Source: Bacteroidota bacterium
GTDB lineage: Bacteria; Bacteroidota; Ignavibacteria; UBA10030; CAVZMI01
Assembly: GCA_050011775.1 (NCBI GenBank)
Contig: JBEKIL010000003.1
Coordinates: 154,224-218,223, forward strand
Direction: 5' to 3'
DNA: 64,000 nucleotides
The position numbers and the translations under genes were made by a program. Positions 58,768-64,000 of this stretch are shown piece by piece. A model generated the notes under the pieces. It did not search any database. It worked only from the letters and a program-made list of their open reading frames with translations, and had not been told where the DNA came from. The number at the start of each line of letters is the position of its first letter. Within the stretch, counting starts at the first letter, position 1.

Positions 58768-59625
58768 ATGGTCAAAGTCAGCAAGCAATATACAAATCGC
58801 GAAAGTCAATCTCTCGATAAATACCTTCAGGAGATCGGGAAGGTTGAACTGTTGACCGCAGAAGAAGAGATTGAGCTCGCACGACGAATTAAAAAGCAAG
58901 ATCAAAAAGCACTGGAAAAGCTGACTAAAGCAAATCTCCGATTTGTCGTGAGTGTAGCAAAACAATATCAGAATCAGGGCCTCTCCCTCGGAGACCTTAT
59001 TAATGAAGGTAACCTGGGACTGATAAAAGCAGCAAAGCGTTTCGATGAGACGCGCGGTTTCAAATTTATCTCCTATGCGGTATGGTGGATTCGTCAGTCA
59101 ATTCTTCAGGCACTGGCGGAACAATCACGCATCGTCCGGCTCCCGTTGAATCGTGTGGGTGCATTGAATAAAATCGGAAAAGCCTTCAGCACCCTCGAAC
59201 AGGAATTCGAACGCGAACCGAGCGCAAGTGAGCTTGCTGAAGAACTCGATATGTCGCTCTACGAAGTAGCCGATACTCTGAAAATTTCCGGCAGGCATCT
59301 CTCGATGGATGCTCCGTTTGCTCAGGGTGAAGATAATCGGTTGCTTGATGTCATCCAGGATGAGCGGACTCCAATGCCCGACAGCGACCTGATGAAGGAG
59401 TCATTAAGCCGCGAGGTTGAGCGTGCACTCTCTACATTAAGCGAACGGGAAGCAGAAGTTATTCGCTTATATTTCGGACTCGGCAGGGAACACTCGTTGA
59501 CGCTCGAAGAAATCGGCGAGAAGTTTAATCTCACACGAGAACGTGTACGACAGATCAAGGAAAAAGCAATTCGCCGTTTGCGTCATGCATCGCGCAGTAA
59601 AGCATTACGCGCATACCTCGGATAA
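58768..59625 (+). CDS. rpoD: RNA polymerase primary sigma factor (short Bacteroidota/Ignavibacteria-type sigma-A)
   Basis: Regions 2-4 of sigma-70 ([18 protein letters not shown]...[10 protein letters not shown]..., region 4 [29 protein letters not shown]). ~285 aa with no region 1.1/NCR, as in FCB-group sigma-A. Confidence 0.92.
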   Translation: MVKVSKQYTNRESQSLDKYLQEIGKVELLTAEEEIELARRIKKQDQKALEKLTKANLRFVVSVAKQYQNQGLSLGDLINEGNLGLIKAAKRFDETRGFKFISYAVWWIRQSILQALAEQSRIVRLPLNRVGALNKIGKAFSTLEQEFEREPSASELAEELDMSLYEVADTLKISGRHLSMDAPFAQGEDNRLLDVIQDERTPMPDSDLMKESLSREVERALSTLSEREAEVIRLYFGLGREHSLTLEEIGEKFNLTRERVRQIKEKAIRRLRHASRSKALRAYLG

Positions 59626-59642
59626 AACTGCATATAACGGCG

Positions 59643-60176
59643 ATGGCACTTCTCCGATTTCTTATTCTCACAATAATCATTATTAATCTCACAGGGTGCG
59701 CTTCTTCATCGCCCCGTTTTTCATCTTCGTGCTCTGCCTGGAACGATGGTGAAGAAGAACTGTATGATACAAATGCGGCCGCGTCGGATACCGTTTCACC
59801 CTCGCTCGACTCGACGTTGCTGATGCGCACTATCAGTGAATACCTCGGCGTGCCGTATAAACATGGTGGAGAGTCTGTCGAAGGAATCGATTGCTCGGCT
59901 TTCACACGATCGGTGTTCGAAAAGGTTTTTATGCTTACCCTTCCTCGCTCGACGGAAGAGCAATATCGGATGGGGAAAAAAATTCGAAAAAAAAATCTCT
60001 CCCGGGGAGATCTTGTCTTCTTCAGTACAACGGGACGCACTCCGTCACATGTAGGTATTTACATCGGCGATGGACTCTTCGCTCATGCAAGTGTCAATGA
60101 AGGTGTCACAATCTCCTTGCTTTCTACTCCATATTATCAACAGCGATACACCGGTGCCCGCAGAGTAATTGAATAG
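59643..60176 (+). CDS. NlpC/P60-family (C40) peptidoglycan endopeptidase lipoprotein
   Basis: Lipobox NLTGC. Catalytic Cys (GIDCSAFTRSVF) and His (TPSHVGIYIGDGLFAHAS) motifs. Confidence 0.85.
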   Translation: MALLRFLILTIIIINLTGCASSSPRFSSSCSAWNDGEEELYDTNAAASDTVSPSLDSTLLMRTISEYLGVPYKHGGESVEGIDCSAFTRSVFEKVFMLTLPRSTEEQYRMGKKIRKKNLSRGDLVFFSTTGRTPSHVGIYIGDGLFAHASVNEGVTISLLSTPYYQQRYTGARRVIE

Positions 60177-60381
60177 AAAACCTGACCAATTCGTATTATA
60201 TCCCCCGGTTCTCGATCTGTAGACAAATCAACAGGACGGTTCATTGTAACCCGTTATATTCTTGGAGGTTACATCCCAGTGATTTTATTCAAGATTCATA
60301 TGGTTTTAGCCGATAATCTATTATAGTTTGGTGGATTGAGTTCTTCTTTTCACCAAAAGAAATATATATGGTTTTAGGAGG

Positions 60382-62487
60382 ATGGTCATGAAGTGGTTTA
60401 TCAATCTCAATATTCAGGCTAAGCTTCTCTGGACATTCGGAACTCTCGTCTTTATAGCCGCTGTAATAGGTGTCGTCGGGTATATCGGAATGAGAGCAGA
60501 GAAACAGGCACAGGACGATCTGTACGCCAACGATTATATCCCACTCGTCCGACTTGCAGATGCTCATTCCTCGATTGTGTCAGTTCGCAGTGATTTTGCG
60601 AACCTCTTCCTTAAAACGTTGGCGTCAGAACGACAACCATTTGCCCGTGAGATTCAAAGAAAAATACAAAAGATCGATCAGATAATAGTTCAATATGGCA
60701 GCTCCGCATCGTCCGATGAAATAAAACCTCTTCTTGAAAAATTCAACACCTCATGGGATCGGTTGAAACTTGCCGCATCACGTACAATAAATATTGCGCA
60801 AGGGAATCAGAAGAATATACCAAAAACCTTCAACAATGTAGAAGTCGATAGCGAATTGAGCGAATGCCAGCAAGAGCTGACAGATTTGATACGATTCACA
60901 GATCATGATGCTGAGAAAATCAATGCCAAAGGAGAGACAATATCCCAATCCATGATGGTGATACTCATCGTTCTTGTTATTGTCGGCCTTACTATCGCCG
61001 GTGTGGGCGGATTTATAATAGCTTCTGCTATCAGTAAACCAATAACCGCACTCGTCGCCGGTGCTGATGCTCTTGCCTCTGGCGACGTGAATGTCGTGAT
61101 CGAGGTAGCTACTTCGGATGAGATAGGAAAACTGAGCTCTTCATTCAACAGTCTGGCTAAAAATATGAAAGATCAGGCGTATGAAGCTGAACAAATTGCT
61201 CTTGGTAACTTTAATGTTGATGTAAAACAACGTTCGGATGTCGATATTCTTGCAAAAAGCAGAAACAAAGTGGTTGAAATTCTCAGATCTCTACTTGGCG
61301 AAACGAATGCTCTGACGCTTGCCGCTCGTGAAGGTAAGTTAGGTATCCGTGGCAACGCGAATAAGTTCACCGGCGGATACCGGGATATCATCGACGAAAT
61401 GAATAAAACACTAGATGCTATTGTTACTCCGCTTCAGGAAAGTTCGGATGCCCTATCGGCTATGTCAACAGGTGATTTGACCGTAGGGATGAAGGGAGAA
61501 TATAAGGGGGACCATCAGCTTGTTAAAAATAGTGTCAATACATTGGCGGAATCGCTCAGCGCCGCATTAAGGGATGTCTCGGAAGTGATTACGGCAACCG
61601 CCAACGCAAGCGCCGAGATTTCATCGAGTACAGAAGAAATGGCGGCGGGTGCGCAGGAACAGAACTCGCAGACGACCGAAGTAGCCAGCGCGATAGAAGA
61701 AATGGCATCGACCATCCTCGAGAATTCAAAGAACGCCAAACAGGCACTGGAAACGGCCAGAAAAGCCCGGCAGGTGGCGGAAGAGGGGGGAAATGTCGTC
61801 CATGAAACCGTTCACGGTATGAATCGGATCGCTGATGTAGTGAAGAAATCGGCAGGGACAGTACAGGCGCTTGGCAAATCGAGCAACCAGATCGGCGAAA
61901 TTATCCAGGTGATCGATGATATTGCCGATCAGACGAACCTGCTGGCTTTGAATGCCGCGATTGAAGCGGCGCGTGCTGGAGAACAGGGACGAGGATTCGC
62001 AGTCGTGGCTGATGAGGTGCGAAAGCTGGCGGAACGAACCACGAAGGCAACAAAAGAGATAGCACAGATGATCAAGAAAATCCAGGCAGACACAATTGGA
62101 GCGGTGAAGTCGATGGAGGAAGGAACCCAGGAGGTCGACAAGGGGATAGAACTGGCTGAACGGGCAGGATCATCATTGAAAGAAATTGTGTCGGTAGTCT
62201 CCGAATTGACAGATATGGCAACACAAATCGCGACGGCCAGTGAACAGCAATCAGATGCAGCCGAACAAATATCAAAGAACATCGAGGGGATCAGCGGCGT
62301 GACGCACGAGTCGGCTACCGGAACACAACAGATTGCACGTGCGGCAGAAGATTTAAGCCAGTTGACCAATCAGCTGCAGCGTCTGATAACGCAATTTCAG
62401 ATTGGAATTAGATCGTCTGCAGATTCGAAACCGATCACTACTGCTCGTCAAAAAGCTGTAAAAAAAGCACATGATACAAAACAATAA
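60382..62487 (+). CDS. methyl-accepting chemotaxis protein (periplasmic sensor + HAMP + MCP signalling domain)
   Basis: TM1, sensor, TM2, HAMP. Highly conserved MCP hairpin tip ([40 protein letters not shown]). Confidence 0.9.
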   Translation: MVMKWFINLNIQAKLLWTFGTLVFIAAVIGVVGYIGMRAEKQAQDDLYANDYIPLVRLADAHSSIVSVRSDFANLFLKTLASERQPFAREIQRKIQKIDQIIVQYGSSASSDEIKPLLEKFNTSWDRLKLAASRTINIAQGNQKNIPKTFNNVEVDSELSECQQELTDLIRFTDHDAEKINAKGETISQSMMVILIVLVIVGLTIAGVGGFIIASAISKPITALVAGADALASGDVNVVIEVATSDEIGKLSSSFNSLAKNMKDQAYEAEQIALGNFNVDVKQRSDVDILAKSRNKVVEILRSLLGETNALTLAAREGKLGIRGNANKFTGGYRDIIDEMNKTLDAIVTPLQESSDALSAMSTGDLTVGMKGEYKGDHQLVKNSVNTLAESLSAALRDVSEVITATANASAEISSSTEEMAAGAQEQNSQTTEVASAIEEMASTILENSKNAKQALETARKARQVAEEGGNVVHETVHGMNRIADVVKKSAGTVQALGKSSNQIGEIIQVIDDIADQTNLLALNAAIEAARAGEQGRGFAVVADEVRKLAERTTKATKEIAQMIKKIQADTIGAVKSMEEGTQEVDKGIELAERAGSSLKEIVSVVSELTDMATQIATASEQQSDAAEQISKNIEGISGVTHESATGTQQIARAAEDLSQLTNQLQRLITQFQIGIRSSADSKPITTARQKAVKKAHDTKQ

Positions 62488-62578
62488 TGGTGACTGAAGC
62501 ATCCTTGATTTCATTGCGAGTTCTATATATATTTCAATATACCTTCCTTGAATACAATTCTTTATTGTAGTGTCGATC

Positions 62579-64000
62579 ATGAAAGCAACACGTTTCGTAA
62601 TCGCATTATCTGTTGAGCTGTTTCTTCTTTATACGGGGCCGGTCCTTCTCTATGCCCAACTGAGCAAACATATCTCAAATTATACCATCACTGCAAGGCT
62701 CGATGTTACAAAAAGATCCGTGGAGGGAGACGAAATTATAACATGGCTGAACGATTCGCCTGATGAGGTGAATGATATTTATCTCCATTTGTATCTGAAT
62801 GCATATCGCGACAAGAAGAGCACGTTTGCAGTGGAAGATAATACGTATATCACTCCTGAAAATGCGGGAGGGATTGATATTCATTCACTCAAAACAATCG
62901 ATGGGATCGATCTTCTTCAGAATTCATCGTTTGTCCATCCGGACGATGATAATGCCGATGATAAGACTGTACTTTGCGTTCCGCTTCCCCGATCTCTAAA
63001 ACCGTCCGAGTCGATTCAATTACACGTGACGTTTTCAACCAGACTTCCGCTCGCTCTCGGTCGGAGTAACGCTGCGGAGGGATGCGAATTCTATTTCGTG
63101 GCGCAATGGTTTCCGAAAATGGCGGTATACCAGCAGACCCGCCTAAGTCTGGAAGATGTCGGCGGGCAAACCCGCGGCAAGGTGTACGAGTGGAATGCCC
63201 ACCAATTTCATAAAAATACGGAGTTCTTTGCCGATTTTGGTGAATATTGGGTGACTCTAACCGTACCTCGTGATTATGTCGTTGGTGCGACAGGAGTAAG
63301 GGAATCGTTGAAAGAAAATACCGATGGTACTGTCACTGTCGCCTATCATCAGGCTGATGTTCATGATTTTGCATGGACTGCTTCACCGCGTTTTCTTGAA
63401 TTCCACAAGACATTCACTCATCCGACTCTTCCATCGACGGAAATTATTTTGCTCCTACAACCGGAGCATCACGGCCTCCGTGACCGCTATCTCACCGCCG
63501 TCACCAATGCACTGAAATATTTTGGTGAATGGTACGGTGAATATCCATACAAGACAATTACCATAATCGATCCTCCGCGTACAAGCAATGCTGGAGCTAT
63601 GGAATACCCGACTCTCATCACAGGCCGGGCACGCTGGATCTCGCCGGCAGCGATACTGGACCCGGAGGATGTGACAGTCCATGAATTTGGTCATCAGTAC
63701 TGGTACGGAATGGTTGCCAGCAATGAATTTGAAGATCCATGGCTGGATGAGGGATTCACCTCCTATTCGGAAATGCGGATTATGCAAAAGGTTTATGGGT
63801 ACAATATAGGTTCCTTCCGGATTGCCGGAGGTATACCTCTGTACGGTGTCCAGCTGCTGACGCTTGATGGGTTCCCGCTCATTGCAGTGATAGATAAGGT
63901 GCGCGTCGACTATCTCTATTATGGACGAATCATGTTTTTACGAAATATGCGTAACGATCCAATCGCAAAATGGGGATTCAAACAGTACGACCGCGAGACT
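62579..64000 (+). CDS. M1-family (aminopeptidase N-like) zinc metallopeptidase, 3'-truncated at window edge
   Basis: Signal peptide. Gluzincin HEFGHQYWYG...(18 aa)...WLDEGFTSY motif. The ORF runs off the window end, so it is not in the stop-delimited ORF track. Confidence 0.72.
   Translation, partial: MKATRFVIALSVELFLLYTGPVLLYAQLSKHISNYTITARLDVTKRSVEGDEIITWLNDSPDEVNDIYLHLYLNAYRDKKSTFAVEDNTYITPENAGGIDIHSLKTIDGIDLLQNSSFVHPDDDNADDKTVLCVPLPRSLKPSESIQLHVTFSTRLPLALGRSNAAEGCEFYFVAQWFPKMAVYQQTRLSLEDVGGQTRGKVYEWNAHQFHKNTEFFADFGEYWVTLTVPRDYVVGATGVRESLKENTDGTVTVAYHQADVHDFAWTASPRFLEFHKTFTHPTLPSTEIILLLQPEHHGLRDRYLTAVTNALKYFGEWYGEYPYKTITIIDPPRTSNAGAMEYPTLITGRARWISPAAILDPEDVTVHEFGHQYWYGMVASNEFEDPWLDEGFTSYSEMRIMQKVYGYNIGSFRIAGGIPLYGVQLLTLDGFPLIAVIDKVRVDYLYYGRIMFLRNMRNDPIAKWGFKQYDRET

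Noticed and set aside
1-64000. tRNA, rRNA, tmRNA, RNase P and SRP RNA in the larger intergenic gaps (7.5-8.5 kb, 12.6-12.8 kb, 20.5-20.8 kb, 38.45-38.9 kb, 44.5-44.9 kb, 55.8-56.2 kb)
   Set aside because: None of the conserved motifs (tRNA T-loop GGTTCGAATCC-like ends, tmRNA GGGGCTGATTCTGGATTCGAC, RNase P AGGAAAGTCCGGGCTCC) was seen. Only generic hairpins occur.

Overview
This 64-kb window is from a bacterial chromosome at roughly 45-50% GC. It is probably an FCB-superphylum organism (Ignavibacteria/Bacteroidota-like): two secreted proteins end in T9SS-type C-terminal sorting domains, and the primary sigma factor is the short ~285-aa form. Most of the window is ordinary housekeeping. Recognisable genes are dnaG, dut, rsmI, coaX, birA, dnaK, clpB, rsmB, gmhA, alaS, clpS, icd, aconitase and rpoD, plus an MCP, a degenerate GGDEF protein, surface/secreted proteins, a DsrMK-like membrane Fe-S oxidoreductase, and two tandem GH30 hydrolase paralogs. 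No rRNA, tRNA or true CRISPR was found. The unusual parts are listed below. (1) An ~8.4 kb segment (30.5-39.1 kb) is bracketed by ~135-bp direct repeats: one is the intact 3' end of a homocysteine S-methyltransferase gene, the other a frameshifted fragment of it. Inside are the duplicated GH30 genes and a low-GC cassette of six co-oriented uncharacterised genes (34.6-38.5 kb). The cassette encodes a 3-TM protein with a cytoplasmic GAF-like domain, an HExxHxxQ zincin-like small protein, a TM/coiled-coil protein and a lipoprotein. It is flanked by two degenerate copies of what looks like an IS110-family transposase C-terminus, and it is sprinkled with short palindromic repeats. This cassette is my best candidate for an undescribed system. 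(2) A CRISPR-lookalike tandem array of five or six ~62-bp units, each with a GCCCCGTCAGGGGC hairpin, lies next to an IS200/IS605-family (RAYT-like) tnpA between alaS and clpS. (3) clpB is split into two translationally coupled ORFs inside the M-domain. (4) A ~180-bp long imperfect palindrome lies in the dnaK-clpB intergenic leader. Sequence similarity, fold assignments and coordinates were judged by eye; no searches were run.
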